Below, one piece after another: positions 1 through 9,253 of a stretch of 64,000 nucleotides of DNA; the stretch's first letter is position 1, and every line of letters begins with the position of its first letter. The notes under the pieces were generated by a model. It searched no databases. It was not told the origin of the DNA and saw nothing but the letters and a program-made list of their open reading frames with translations. The stretch is from assembly GCA_903825245.1 (NCBI GenBank), contig CAIJZX010000012.1, positions 12,059 through 76,058 of the forward strand. Reading direction: 5' to 3'. The stretch comes from Candidatus Kerfeldbacteria bacterium. Its GTDB lineage: Bacteria > Patescibacteriota > Patescibacteriia > SBBC01 > CAIJZX01. The translations under genes were made by a program, and so were the position numbers.

Positions 1-257
1 CAATTTCGAGCGGTCCAGCACACTCAAAGTCTGGAAGATCTGGACTTATCGTGTGCCGCATCGGCCAATAACTGGCATAATCCGTCGTCAGGAGTAGCCT
101 GGACTCAGAGTTCGCCGGATAGCGTCGGGCTGAAACCAAATGCAATAACGTAATGACTCCATCCTCGACTCGGCGTACACTTCCCCGGATAATCAACTGA
201 CTCTCAAGGACTTTCTCCATCCACTCAATGTCAATTTGCTCTGGCATTCTGCCTCCG
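1..257 (-). CDS. Hypothetical protein, 5' part only; the gene runs off the window start and is not in the ORF track
   Basis: The minus-strand frame is open from position 389 down past position 1 with no stop. There is an ATG at 257-255 (MPEQIDIEWMEKVLESQLIIRGSV...) preceded by GGAGG 4 nt upstream, and the composition is protein-like. This frame is more credible than the ORF-track 193..441 ORF. Confidence 0.4.
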
Positions 258-399
258 TCACCGACCCGTTCGTGGGTAGTGAACGAACATGGTAGATACG
301 AACTCGCGGTGGGGTAAGGATTTTCACCATCGCCCTCCGGAGCGGAATGCAATCCCCTGCCTGAGAATGTGCTGGCACCCTAGCAAAGGTAAAAAATAA

Positions 400-432
400 T
401 TGCAAGAAAAAACCACCAGTTTTACCTGGTGG
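400..432 (-). terminator. Rho-independent terminator (7-bp stem ccaccag/ctggtgg, 6-nt loop, then TTTTTTCTT on the minus strand)
   Basis: Inverted repeat at 413-419 and 426-432. The rc of 401-412 gives a U-run immediately 3' of the hairpin. It sits at the stop of the 422..727 minus ORF. Confidence 0.55.
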
Positions 433-727
433 AGCGAACAATGACGAAAGGTCGTGGATTTCTGTCTACTTTCTGCCACAGCGAGTCAGTGGTTGGAACC
501 GTATCGAGGCAATGAACATACCCCTGAGACTTCAGTGAGTGCAGAACACGGAGTACGTTGCTTGGACTGGCGCCGATCGTACCAGCGACAGCCAACGCGG
601 AAATTCCGCTCGGCATGAGGTTGACTTGATTCAAGACATCGAATTCTTTGGGTATTCGCCGCGAATCCTGACTGGATTTATATTGTATTCCGACGAACAC
701 ATGGCTAAACATTCTTTTTTTCGCCAT
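422..727 (-). CDS. Small hypothetical protein, possibly an HTH DNA-binding protein
   Basis: 101-aa ORF ending right at the terminator hairpin. The segment ISALAVAGTIGASPSNVLRVLHSLKSQGYV resembles a helix-turn-helix. No family recognised. Confidence 0.35.
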   Translation of the reverse strand: MAKKRMFSHVFVGIQYKSSQDSRRIPKEFDVLNQVNLMPSGISALAVAGTIGASPSNVLRVLHSLKSQGYVHCLDTVPTTDSLWQKVDRNPRPFVIVRSTR

Positions 728-840
728 ACACCCTCCTGGTGAAAAAGAACAAAAAGTAGAATCGAAGCGTATCGAAACAATGGTTTGCTGTCAATCTGGA
801 TTTAGCAATAACGGCACTGGCCTTTGGTCAGTCCTTTCAG

Positions 841-1290
841 TTACACCGAGCCGTACCGCAATCCGCGACGAATATTGTTTTCTTCAAACTCTTTAATGCC
901 GAAGAGTTTTCCAAAGTATTTCCGGCACGTCTTGACGTCAATCGTCCCCTGGCAGGTGTAGACATCAATCGTAATGAACTGCTTCTCGGGAAACGTATGA
1001 ATGGCAATATGGCTCTCGGCGATCATCACAAAACCGGAAAAACCGCCGGCATCTTTCTTGTCGTTGCCATCGAATCGAATAACATAGGGCGTAATAATCT
1101 TCTTCATACCCAAAATCTCCGGCAGATCATTGAGTGCCCGAAATACCGTCTCCATACTGTTCAGCGCTGTTGTGCTTGCACCATACCCATCAAGGGTCCA
1201 ATGACTACCGAACAACGGCTCGCTCGATTTGTACGTTTGTTTGAGCGACAGTGTTTTCTGTCGCGACTGGCGGGAGGCTACTTTGGCCAT
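841..1290 (-). CDS. speH: S-adenosylmethionine decarboxylase proenzyme (pyruvoyl-dependent, SpeH/class 1B type)
   Basis: GFSGFVMIAESHIAIHTFPE matches the SpeH self-cleavage/pyruvoyl motif (E-S cleavage, IHTWPE-like). Length ~130-150 aa, and IDVYTC is conserved. Confidence 0.85.
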   Translation of the reverse strand: MAKVASRQSRQKTLSLKQTYKSSEPLFGSHWTLDGYGASTTALNSMETVFRALNDLPEILGMKKIITPYVIRFDGNDKKDAGGFSGFVMIAESHIAIHTFPEKQFITIDVYTCQGTIDVKTCRKYFGKLFGIKEFEENNIRRGLRYGSV

Positions 1291-1478
1291 CTCGTCGTCC
1301 CCTTTCGTACCGTAGGCTCACGGTTCCGCTGATCGCAGAATCGGATTCGGGGCCTCACATGAACGCATAGCGTGTCACGTGATTAGCACTTACCGAGAAA
1401 GCCGAATCCTAGGTACGAGAAAATTTATTAGAAGATAAGTATACAAGTATGACCACAGAACACAAGACTGTGGATAAA

Positions 1479-1808
1479 CTATTTTCCGATCTTTTGCCGT
1501 CGAACAGCTTTCGACTTTCGAATTTCTTTCTGCTTGATAAGCTGGCGTTCAAGTTTCGGATAGACGAGGTCGATCGCTTCTTCCATGTGTTCAGCCTTCA
1601 AACCGGCTTCGATAGTCTTGCTTGGTAGGTACACCCACACTTCCACCCGGAACTTCTTCCCTTTAGTGACATTGTGGTCGACGTCAAGCTCAACGCCGAT
1701 GCGCGTTACATCCGGATTGAACTTTCCGAGTTTGGTAAATTTCTCAGTTACGTACTGCTTAATCGCCGGCGTGAGTTTAAAATCCTTGCCGCTGATGGTG
1801 ATAGTCAT
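1479..1808 (-). CDS. hpf: Ribosome hibernation promoting factor (short HPF/RaiA family)
   Basis: 109 aa. N-terminus MTITISGKDFKLTPAIKQYVTEKFTKL is typical of the sigma-54 modulation protein/HPF family. Confidence 0.85.
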   Translation of the reverse strand: MTITISGKDFKLTPAIKQYVTEKFTKLGKFNPDVTRIGVELDVDHNVTKGKKFRVEVWVYLPSKTIEAGLKAEHMEEAIDLVYPKLERQLIKQKEIRKSKAVRRQKIGK

Positions 1809-2434
1809 ATTCGTGGGTGTTTAGTTTTTTCAACGATAAAGCTAAGCCAAATATTATGTTGCTCTTTTTTCCTGAATGTTTCATGAATTATTAGTCCCGC
1901 TGAACGAAGCATTTGGGAAAAATCTATTTTTGTATAATAAGCAAAATATCTATCGACACCGCCATATTTTTCTTGACGAATCATCGCTTCGTCAACCGCT
2001 TGTTTTTCCTTAATACTGATGGCCATGACGCCGCCTGGCACGAGTAATCGCTGTAACGAACGTAAAACCTTAGGCAAGCGTCGTTTCGGAACATGCAGAA
2101 GTGTGGCCATCGTCCATATGCCGTCAAAACTACGTGGAGGAAATTTCATCTTATATAAATCCATTTGACGAAATGTCAGCGCGGGTTCGTATTTTTTTGC
2201 TACCCGTAACAATCCACGTGACGCGTCGATGCCTAGGTAATCAAAACCAAACTTCCGCATTTCTGTTGAGTCGCGGCCGGCACCGCAACCGACTTCAAGA
2301 ATGCGCTGTCCCGTCAGGCGACGTCGAAAAGCTTGCAGTTCACGCCGCCAGAAATATGCTGTTCGATTACGCTGGTTATATGCCACCGCAACGCGATCGT
2401 AACTTTGTATCGTGAGTGTTGTGCGTCGATCCAT
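1805..2434 (-). CDS. Class I SAM-dependent methyltransferase
   Basis: LEVGCGAGRD glycine-rich SAM motif I. 4-nt overlap with the hpf start. Confidence 0.75.
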   Translation of the reverse strand: MDRRTTLTIQSYDRVAVAYNQRNRTAYFWRRELQAFRRRLTGQRILEVGCGAGRDSTEMRKFGFDYLGIDASRGLLRVAKKYEPALTFRQMDLYKMKFPPRSFDGIWTMATLLHVPKRRLPKVLRSLQRLLVPGGVMAISIKEKQAVDEAMIRQEKYGGVDRYFAYYTKIDFSQMLRSAGLIIHETFRKKEQHNIWLSFIVEKTKHPRI

Positions 2435-2435
2435 A

Positions 2436-3410
2436 TCAGAACCCTAAATATTGGATTTCTTCATGAAGTTGTATCCCAAGCTCATCGCGCACCTTTTGCT
2501 TAATGAGACTGAGCAATTGCATCACCTGATCAGCCGTCCCTTGCCCGCGGTTAATCATAAAATTGGCGTGAACATCGGAAATTTGAATATCACCGAGTTG
2601 GAAACCTTTCAATCCGACTTCCTCGATCACGCGCCAGGCAGAAATCGTTCCTTTTGCATCTACATATTGTTTCAACGACTCCGGTACTTTCGCCAAATCA
2701 GCAGTCGGGTTCGTAAACATACAGCCAGCGGTTTTCGCTGTTGTCGGTTGGTTCGTGTTTTTTTGCTTCGTTGTTTCAGCCAGCAACGTTCGTTCTTCAG
2801 CCGGATCGACTTTAGGAAAAATAAATTCCGCTTGAACAATACTCCATTCCGGATGGTGCTTAAAAATACTCGTGCGATAGGCAAACGCGCAATCTTCTTT
2901 CGTCAAACGCTTGTTTGTCCCGTCAGGTACACACACATCCACCCATACCACCTGATCACCAAGCCCCCAACCGTGTCCACCGGCATTGCCATACAATGAA
3001 CCACCGACTTTTCCGGGCACGCCAATCAACCACTGCATGCCACCGAAACCGTGCTGGAGCGCCGAAGCAATCAGTTGACCATTCTGCACTCCCGCGCCGA
3101 CGACAACATGATCTCCATTCCACTGAGCTTGATCATTTTCCGGATGAATGATCAGGCCGTTAAAGCCGTTATCGGAAACGAGCAAATTTGCACCACGACC
3201 AATCAAACGGTACGGAAGTTTTTCCTGATTCGCCCAAGCAACAGCTTCTTGCAATTCTGCGATTGTTTTTGCCGCGACAAAATACTTTGCCGGACCGCCA
3301 ATTTTCAGCGTCGTATACGGTGCTAACGGAATATTTTCTTGAATTGTGGGTGGTTTATTGACCATATGTTTTCGCCAATTGTTCAGCGGTATGCCAAATA
3401 TTTCCTGCAC
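2436..3410 (-). CDS. murB: UDP-N-acetylenolpyruvoylglucosamine reductase MurB (start may be the internal Met at 3365)
   Basis: YTTLKIGGPAKYF and RLIGRGANLLVSD are FAD-binding MurB motifs. The 56-nt overlap with murC disappears if the start is at MVNKPP. Confidence 0.9.
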   Translation of the reverse strand: MQEIFGIPLNNWRKHMVNKPPTIQENIPLAPYTTLKIGGPAKYFVAAKTIAELQEAVAWANQEKLPYRLIGRGANLLVSDNGFNGLIIHPENDQAQWNGDHVVVGAGVQNGQLIASALQHGFGGMQWLIGVPGKVGGSLYGNAGGHGWGLGDQVVWVDVCVPDGTNKRLTKEDCAFAYRTSIFKHHPEWSIVQAEFIFPKVDPAEERTLLAETTKQKNTNQPTTAKTAGCMFTNPTADLAKVPESLKQYVDAKGTISAWRVIEEVGLKGFQLGDIQISDVHANFMINRGQGTADQVMQLLSLIKQKVRDELGIQLHEEIQYLGF

Positions 3411-4743
3411 CCATAATAATCACAACATCACCAGGATGAAGCACCTTTTGAAGATCCTGCCGCACATTGTTAACGTTCGCGATATATGTCGCGTTGATAT
3501 TTTTCGATACGATCGCCGCCACGAGTTGCTGGCTGGTTTTTGATTCCGCTTCCGGTACATCGCGACCGGGTACTGAATATGTCTCTACAATATATGCAAC
3601 ATCAGCCGCCGCGAAGCAGGTGGTAAAATCATCGAATAACGACGTTAATCGCGATCGGTGGTGCGGCTGAAAAACAGCAATTATTCTTCGACCGGGATAA
3701 AACGATTTCGCGCCCTCAAGCGTGACGCGTACAGCGGTCGGATGATGGGCGTAATCGCTGACAATCGTAATCGGCGCTGATGGCGTTAAGATTTGGAACC
3801 GGCGCCACACACCGTGAAACGCGGCAATTGTTTTTTGAAACGTTGCAGTATCGGCGCCACTGACTAACGCCGCCGCCATCGCCGCTAGCGTGTTCATAAT
3901 ATTAAACTCACCGGGTAAATGCAGTGTGAATCGTCCGAGCGACTTCCCCTTCCACACACATTCCCAGGATTGCTCGCCTGACGATTGTTGCATATTCGTA
4001 GCACGAAGATCGGCGTTCTCAGAAAATCCAAACGTAACAACACGGCCACACGATTTTGCTAGTTGCATGACTATTTCATCATCTGCATTCGCAACGAGCG
4101 TGCCGTCCGCGGGGAGCAGAGCAATGTACTTAGCAAAACTTTCCACCATTTTTTCGTGCGTCCCGAAATAATCAAGGTGATCATCTTCGATATTCGTCAG
4201 CACCGCAATCGTCGGACGATAGTTGAGAAAATGATCGTGGTACTCATCGGCTTCAGCGATAAAGATGTTACTTTTTCCTAAACGAAGATTGCCCTGGAAT
4301 TCAATTACTCGGCTCCCTACAAACACTGTCGGATCATTTTCAGCTTCGGTAAGCAGTATTCCAGCCAATGCTGATGTCGTACTTTTACCATTCGTACCGG
4401 CGATGCAAATTCGAATCGCCTGTTCACGCATTAATCGTCCTAGTGTTTTCGAAAAGTTTTCAATCGGTATACCAAGATGTTGAGCCGCCAAGAGCTGTGG
4501 ATGGTCTTTGGGTCGATCATCAGTCGTGACAACAAGATCAATATCCGCTGTAATATCTTCCACTTTTTCCTCCGCATGGTACACCGCTCCGCTCTTAACC
4601 ACGCTCTCTATCATCGCTGTCATGTTTGGTTCTGAGCCACTTACTTGAACGCCGCGCGCGAGCAAAAGTTTTGCCACTGCCGAAACACCAACTCCGCCGA
4701 GTCCAATGCAATATACTTTTTTTTCGGTAATTCCAGTGTTCAT
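3355..4743 (-). CDS. murC: UDP-N-acetylmuramate--L-alanine ligase MurC
   Basis: N-terminus VYCIGLGGVGVSAVAKLL and IAGTNGKSTTSA P-loop, the Mur ligase architecture. dcw context. Confidence 0.9.
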   Translation of the reverse strand: MNTGITEKKVYCIGLGGVGVSAVAKLLLARGVQVSGSEPNMTAMIESVVKSGAVYHAEEKVEDITADIDLVVTTDDRPKDHPQLLAAQHLGIPIENFSKTLGRLMREQAIRICIAGTNGKSTTSALAGILLTEAENDPTVFVGSRVIEFQGNLRLGKSNIFIAEADEYHDHFLNYRPTIAVLTNIEDDHLDYFGTHEKMVESFAKYIALLPADGTLVANADDEIVMQLAKSCGRVVTFGFSENADLRATNMQQSSGEQSWECVWKGKSLGRFTLHLPGEFNIMNTLAAMAAALVSGADTATFQKTIAAFHGVWRRFQILTPSAPITIVSDYAHHPTAVRVTLEGAKSFYPGRRIIAVFQPHHRSRLTSLFDDFTTCFAAADVAYIVETYSVPGRDVPEAESKTSQQLVAAIVSKNINATYIANVNNVRQDLQKVLHPGDVVIIMGAGNIWHTAEQLAKTYGQ

Positions 4744-5813
4744 AAACCGAGGAGATGAAAGACGTGATCAACGAGTTGCGGTAATGCTTCCGGATTATAG
4801 AACTGTCGGAGATTATTGCCTAGACGGAGCCGTTCTTCCGGTTTCTGGTATAGCTGTTCAAGCGCTGATTCTATTTCCTGTTCAAGGTGGCCGCTGTTTT
4901 GATGCAGAACGATGGCTGCTGAAGCTTTCGCCACGACTGCCGTATTTTCCTCTTGATGCGAATTTGGCATAGGAATAAACACTGTCGCTTTTCCGAGCGC
5001 CGCTAACTCACTGACCGCGCCCAATCCGGCACGCGAGATAACGACGTCTGCCGCAGCCAAGGCGTGCGGCAATTGCCAGGTTAAAAAAGGAAAACGTTGA
5101 TAGTGTGGATCATGTAATTCGACAAAATCGCGTTCGGGCCCGGTCACGTGCAGTATTGACCATTGGCGAACTAAACGAAACGCCATCGTCCCGACCAAGG
5201 TATTTACTGCCGCCGAACCAGTACCGCCGCCGATGACTAACAACACTGGTGCACTCTCCGAAAGATGAAAGATTTTCCGTCCCTGCGCTGCGCTACCAGC
5301 CAGCACTTCCGGCCGAACAGGATTACCGGTCCAAAAAACTTTATGCGCAGGAAAAGCTGAAGCTGAACTTTTAAAGGCCACGGTAATGACCGACGCCGCG
5401 GGAGCCATCAGTCGATTCGCTAACCCCGGACGCACGTCTTGCTGGTGCACCAATGTTCGGATAGCCTGACGTTTCGCTGCCCAGATAACCGGTACGGAAA
5501 TAAATGAACCAGCGGTAATGACAACCTGAGGCTTCCAACGACGGAGAATTTTTGCCGCTTGGGTATACCCACGAATAATATAGTGAATATCTTTGATATT
5601 CGCTAATGACCAATATCGTCGCAATTTACCGCCGGCAATACTCTCAAAGGGAATGTCCGCCGCTTTCGCTAGCACACGCTCCGGACCATTGGCGGATCCC
5701 AGAAATAAAAATTCGACGTCCGTTCGCTGCCGACGAATTTGTTGGACGATGGCAATCAGCGGCGTGACGGATCCCGCCGTGCCGCCGCCAGTAACAACGA
5801 TACGATAGGTCAT
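4740..5813 (-). CDS. murG: UDP-GlcNAc--undecaprenyl-PP-MurNAc-pentapeptide GlcNAc transferase MurG (true start at ATG 5813; the ORF-track N-terminal 89 aa is read-through into ftsW)
   Basis: MTYRIVVTGGGTAGSVTPLIAIV is the MurG N-terminus. ATG at 5813-5811 overlaps the ftsW stop (ATGA). Confidence 0.9.
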   Translation of the reverse strand: MTYRIVVTGGGTAGSVTPLIAIVQQIRRQRTDVEFLFLGSANGPERVLAKAADIPFESIAGGKLRRYWSLANIKDIHYIIRGYTQAAKILRRWKPQVVITAGSFISVPVIWAAKRQAIRTLVHQQDVRPGLANRLMAPAASVITVAFKSSASAFPAHKVFWTGNPVRPEVLAGSAAQGRKIFHLSESAPVLLVIGGGTGSAAVNTLVGTMAFRLVRQWSILHVTGPERDFVELHDPHYQRFPFLTWQLPHALAAADVVISRAGLGAVSELAALGKATVFIPMPNSHQEENTAVVAKASAAIVLHQNSGHLEQEIESALEQLYQKPEERLRLGNNLRQFYNPEALPQLVDHVFHLLGL

Positions 5814-6946
5814 ATTCTTTTCGTGCTCCGAACGGTTTGCCGAGAAATATTCATAATCACCCCAACCGCGGCCAACGAAATAATCAGCGCTGATCCACCC
5901 TGACTCATGAACGGTAACGGAATACCCGTGAGCGGCATCAAGCCACTCAGCGCGGCGATATTCAAAAACGCCTGGAGTCCCAGCCAAACAGTTATTCCGA
6001 TGGCCAATAATCGCCCAAATTGATCTGGCGCGTTGCGAGCAATACGTAATCCGCGAAAAATCAGGAAGAGCCAAATACAAATGAACAAGACGGCAAAGAG
6101 AAATCCTAATTCTTCAGCGGTCACGGCAAAAATTGAATCGCCGGCTGGCTCCGGAAGATAATTAAATTTCTGACGCGAGTGGCCTAAACCCAATCCAAAC
6201 CAACCACCTGAGCCAATCGCCAGTAAGGCTTGGCTAATATGGTACCCGCTTCCCTGGGGGTCAATACTCGGATTGAGAAAAACCGTCAACCGTTGCGCGC
6301 GATACGGAGAAACTTTTACCGCTAAGAGTAACAACGCCACGCCACCAGTTGCCACCCACGAAAGATATTTTATGGATCCGCCAGCAGTAAAGTACACTGA
6401 CACCGACATCAAAACAATAATGATTGTTGTTCCTAAATCAGGTTGTAAGAGTACCAATCCAGCCACCACTCCCAGAGTCATCAGGAATGGGACTAATCCT
6501 TCGCGCGCGCTTCCCATTAAATGGTTCCGGCGCTCAAACCAGGCGGCCAAGTAAAAGAGAAATGTGAGCTTCGCTAACTCACTGGGCTGAAAGAGCGTCA
6601 CTCCCAGGTTAATCCAGCGATGTGCGCCGAGTAGTGATGAGCCAATGCCGGGAATAAAAACCGCTAACAGCAAAACAATTGTGCCAATCATCATGTGGAC
6701 TGTCCACTTTTTCCAACGCTGGTAATCGATGCTATAGGTGACCGCAAAAAAAACTAAGCCCACCAGTAAACTTATCGCTTGCTTTTTCAAGAAGTAATTA
6801 CTATCGCCAAAGTGTTGAAATCCCAACACCGATCCAGCGCTCGAGAGCATTACCAACCCAAAAACAATCAAGATGGCAATCAAACTGAGGTAGACGTAAT
6901 CCGGTTGATGGTGATGCGATGAGCTCATGGAAGTGCCTTGATGCAT
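5810..6946 (-). CDS. ftsW: SEDS-family peptidoglycan glycosyltransferase FtsW
   Basis: Polytopic FtsW/RodA-type sequence lying between murD and murG. An alternative ATG at 6928 forms an ATGA overlap with the murD stop. Confidence 0.85.
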   Translation of the reverse strand: MHQGTSMSSSHHHQPDYVYLSLIAILIVFGLVMLSSAGSVLGFQHFGDSNYFLKKQAISLLVGLVFFAVTYSIDYQRWKKWTVHMMIGTIVLLLAVFIPGIGSSLLGAHRWINLGVTLFQPSELAKLTFLFYLAAWFERRNHLMGSAREGLVPFLMTLGVVAGLVLLQPDLGTTIIIVLMSVSVYFTAGGSIKYLSWVATGGVALLLLAVKVSPYRAQRLTVFLNPSIDPQGSGYHISQALLAIGSGGWFGLGLGHSRQKFNYLPEPAGDSIFAVTAEELGFLFAVLFICIWLFLIFRGLRIARNAPDQFGRLLAIGITVWLGLQAFLNIAALSGLMPLTGIPLPFMSQGGSALIISLAAVGVIMNISRQTVRSTKRI

Positions 6947-8358
6947 TTGACAAATTGCTCACCGCGATCGAATTCGTGAATGAAGAGTCCGAAACTCGCC
7001 GCGCCCGGTGACAACACAATCGGCTGACCGGGTAGTGTAATAGCAATCGCCGCTGCTACCGCTGACGCCATCGACAAAACTCTGGGGAGTGGTCTCCGAT
7101 ATTGGAACCGCTGTAAAGCAACCATGAGCTTTTCTGTCGCTGTACCAGGCAGAACAACAATTTGAACATTACGACGGACAATATCACGCGCCAATGGCTC
7201 CATGTCGAGCGCTTTATCTGTGCCGCCAACGATGAACACACCATTCGGAAAAACCGCTAACGCCGCCTGCGTGCCGTCCGGCGACGTAGCCGCTGTATCG
7301 TTGATGCATTGATGGCCGCGATATATTTGTACGCATTCTTGCCGATGCGGCACGCCGTTAAACGATCGCACTGCCTGGGTAATCTTCGCTGGCGCTATCT
7401 GCATCGCCCGCGCGCCAGCAACTGCGGCCAATAAATTCATGACATTGTGTTCGCCAGCTAAACTCCATGCCGACAACGGCACTATGTTTTTCCATTTACC
7501 GCTGACGCGCTCACGTACCCAACCGGTGCGAACGGAAATTGCGTGACCTGTTTTCGGAACATGACGACCGAACCAGAGAACATGCGCCGCCGTTTTTTTC
7601 GCCAGACGGCGACAGTACAGATCATCGTAATTCAGAACCGCGACATCGGCAATCGTTTGCCCGCCAAACATTCGATATTTCACTTGTGCGTACTCAGTCA
7701 TTGATCTGTGGCGATTCAAGTGATCAACTTTCAAGTTAGTCATAATACCAACGTGAACCGGATGACCGACCACTGGCAATCGTTCGAGTTGGTATGATGA
7801 AAGTTCTAAAACCGCAATGGTCTGCTTTGTTGTTTTCGGCAAATAGTCCAACATTGCAACCTCACGAACATTGCCACTAATAATCGAGTTTTTATTTGCG
7901 AGCTGAACGATTGATCCCAGCAACAATGTTGTTGTTGTTTTACCGCGCGTACCGGTCACACCAATAATCGTTCCCGGAAATCGCTCAACGAAAAGACTCG
8001 CTTCATTGTCGACCGACATGCCGCTTTTTTCTGCTTGAACCAACGCCGGCATCATCGGCGACACCGCCGGATTGACCACGACTCGCTCCGCCCAACGAAA
8101 ATCGGTTGCTTGGTGTGCGCCGAGGTGGTAGGTGACTGCTAAACCTTTCAGTTGATTGATAGATTCAGCTAACCGGTCACGCCCTAAAACATCGGCCACA
8201 CGGACAATCGCGCCCTGCCGTACTAGCCATTTCACCGTTGCTACTCCCCCGCCATGAACGCCGAGTCCGACAACGAGAACGCGCACACCCTTAAAATCTT
8301 GGTTGTTTTTTTTGGGCGACATTGCTCGAACTATACCACAAAAACGACCGAAACACAA
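6925..8358 (-). CDS. murD: UDP-N-acetylmuramoylalanine--D-glutamate ligase MurD
   Basis: VRVLVVGLGVHGGGVATVKWL Rossmann N-terminus and GVTGTRGKTTTT P-loop. The start is possibly MSPKKNN at 8322. Confidence 0.9.
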   Translation of the reverse strand: MCFGRFCGIVRAMSPKKNNQDFKGVRVLVVGLGVHGGGVATVKWLVRQGAIVRVADVLGRDRLAESINQLKGLAVTYHLGAHQATDFRWAERVVVNPAVSPMMPALVQAEKSGMSVDNEASLFVERFPGTIIGVTGTRGKTTTTLLLGSIVQLANKNSIISGNVREVAMLDYLPKTTKQTIAVLELSSYQLERLPVVGHPVHVGIMTNLKVDHLNRHRSMTEYAQVKYRMFGGQTIADVAVLNYDDLYCRRLAKKTAAHVLWFGRHVPKTGHAISVRTGWVRERVSGKWKNIVPLSAWSLAGEHNVMNLLAAVAGARAMQIAPAKITQAVRSFNGVPHRQECVQIYRGHQCINDTAATSPDGTQAALAVFPNGVFIVGGTDKALDMEPLARDIVRRNVQIVVLPGTATEKLMVALQRFQYRRPLPRVLSMASAVAAAIAITLPGQPIVLSPGAASFGLFIHEFDRGEQFVKCIKALP

Positions 8359-8433
8359 CTTTCATATAAAGAAAAACCGACCCATATCATTCTCACGTTA
8401 TTTCGCAAGAATATATTGATCGGTAGGATTATC

Positions 8434-9129
8434 TCAGATATCCAACACGTATGCCGTACTGCCATGCCGGTCGAATCCGAGGAGGTAGACACCCTGAAGG
8501 TGCTGATCGTACAACGCCTTGAGGTGAAGTGTCGGGTCATCGAGAAGCTCGGCCAGAATACTGAAGAAGATGATCTTCGTCAAGTTCCGTTGCACTGCCG
8601 AACCAACGAGATCTACCTCGGAGGCATACTTCTCGATGGGCGGTATGTACCGTTTCGCCAGTACACCAAACGAGGTGTAGAATTGAACATGCAACGGCGA
8701 GTACAACGTCTCCTGGAGCGTCGCCAGAACAGTCGCCACCTGATCCTCGGGCAGGCGGGTAGCGACATCTCGCTGGAAATAATCCATCAGCGACCAACCA
8801 AGCGTACGAATACTGCCGCCCCTGGGACGCACGTTGCCCAGGAACTCTAAATCGATGACTGGTGATAGCTTGGCAAAGCTACCAATCGAACGCCAGGTCA
8901 CCGCCTGCTTCATCTCTTCGATCATCTTCGCCGGAATTCCTTCCGGACGAACCCTCAGATCGAAGGACTGGTTCGGATCGTAGAGCGGGCGCACAAGTTC
9001 AATAATCCGGTCAGCCTGCTTGGGAAATTCCTTCCGCCAAGCCTGCTGAGCGGCGGCGAAGTTTTCTGGTAGATCATCGGCGAGTGCTTTCCGGCGCGCG
9101 GTAAGCCTTTCTTCCATTTCGGTGGCCAT
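8434..9129 (-). CDS. Hypothetical protein (231 aa) embedded in the dcw cluster
   Basis: Protein-like composition. Strong SD GGAGGAG (rc of 9134-9140) sits 7 nt before the ATG. No family recognised. Confidence 0.5.
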   Translation of the reverse strand: MATEMEERLTARRKALADDLPENFAAAQQAWRKEFPKQADRIIELVRPLYDPNQSFDLRVRPEGIPAKMIEEMKQAVTWRSIGSFAKLSPVIDLEFLGNVRPRGGSIRTLGWSLMDYFQRDVATRLPEDQVATVLATLQETLYSPLHVQFYTSFGVLAKRYIPPIEKYASEVDLVGSAVQRNLTKIIFFSILAELLDDPTLHLKALYDQHLQGVYLLGFDRHGSTAYVLDI

Positions 9130-9133
9130 TTTA

Positions 9134-9140
9134 CTCCTCC
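9134..9140 (-). promoter_or_regulatory. Shine-Dalgarno GGAGGAG for the 231-aa gene
   Basis: rc of ctcctcc, with 4-nt spacing (taaa) to the ATG at 9129. Confidence 0.5.
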
Positions 9141-9253
9141 ATGGTTGTACAGAAACACAAATTGTGAAAGAAAACCTGGCGGGACGTTATCAAATCAACT
9201 TAAAAAAGTCAAGACTCTTCATTTGTAATATCTTGCTCATTGTATGACTTATT

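Noticed and set aside
1-400. RNase P RNA-like sequence fragments on the minus strand (GGGUGCCAG, GGUGAAAA, GAGAAAGUCC) in an ORF-poor region
   Set aside because: The motif order is opposite to that in bacterial RNase P RNA, with AAAGUCC after GGGUGCCAG. The region is better explained by an open protein-coding frame running off the window edge. No tRNA-like or tmRNA ends were found.
193-441. ORF-track 82-aa ORF
   Set aside because: The translation has odd composition. It overlaps, in another frame, a longer open frame that has an SD-preceded ATG. It also runs into the terminator hairpin.
1440-1478. Hairpin ccacag-N9-ctgtgg after the hpf stop
   Set aside because: Only a 6-bp stem with no clear U-tract. 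It could be a weak terminator, but the evidence is insufficient.
5814-6080. 89-aa N-terminal extension on the murG ORF
   Set aside because: It is read-through into the 3' end of ftsW in another frame. The true MurG N-terminus (MTYRIVVTGGG) starts at ATG 5813 with an ATGA overlap.
8254-8850. 198-aa plus-strand ORF antisense to the 231-aa dcw-cluster gene
   Set aside because: It has a less protein-like composition and no SD. The minus-strand gene has a strong SD and fits the operon direction.
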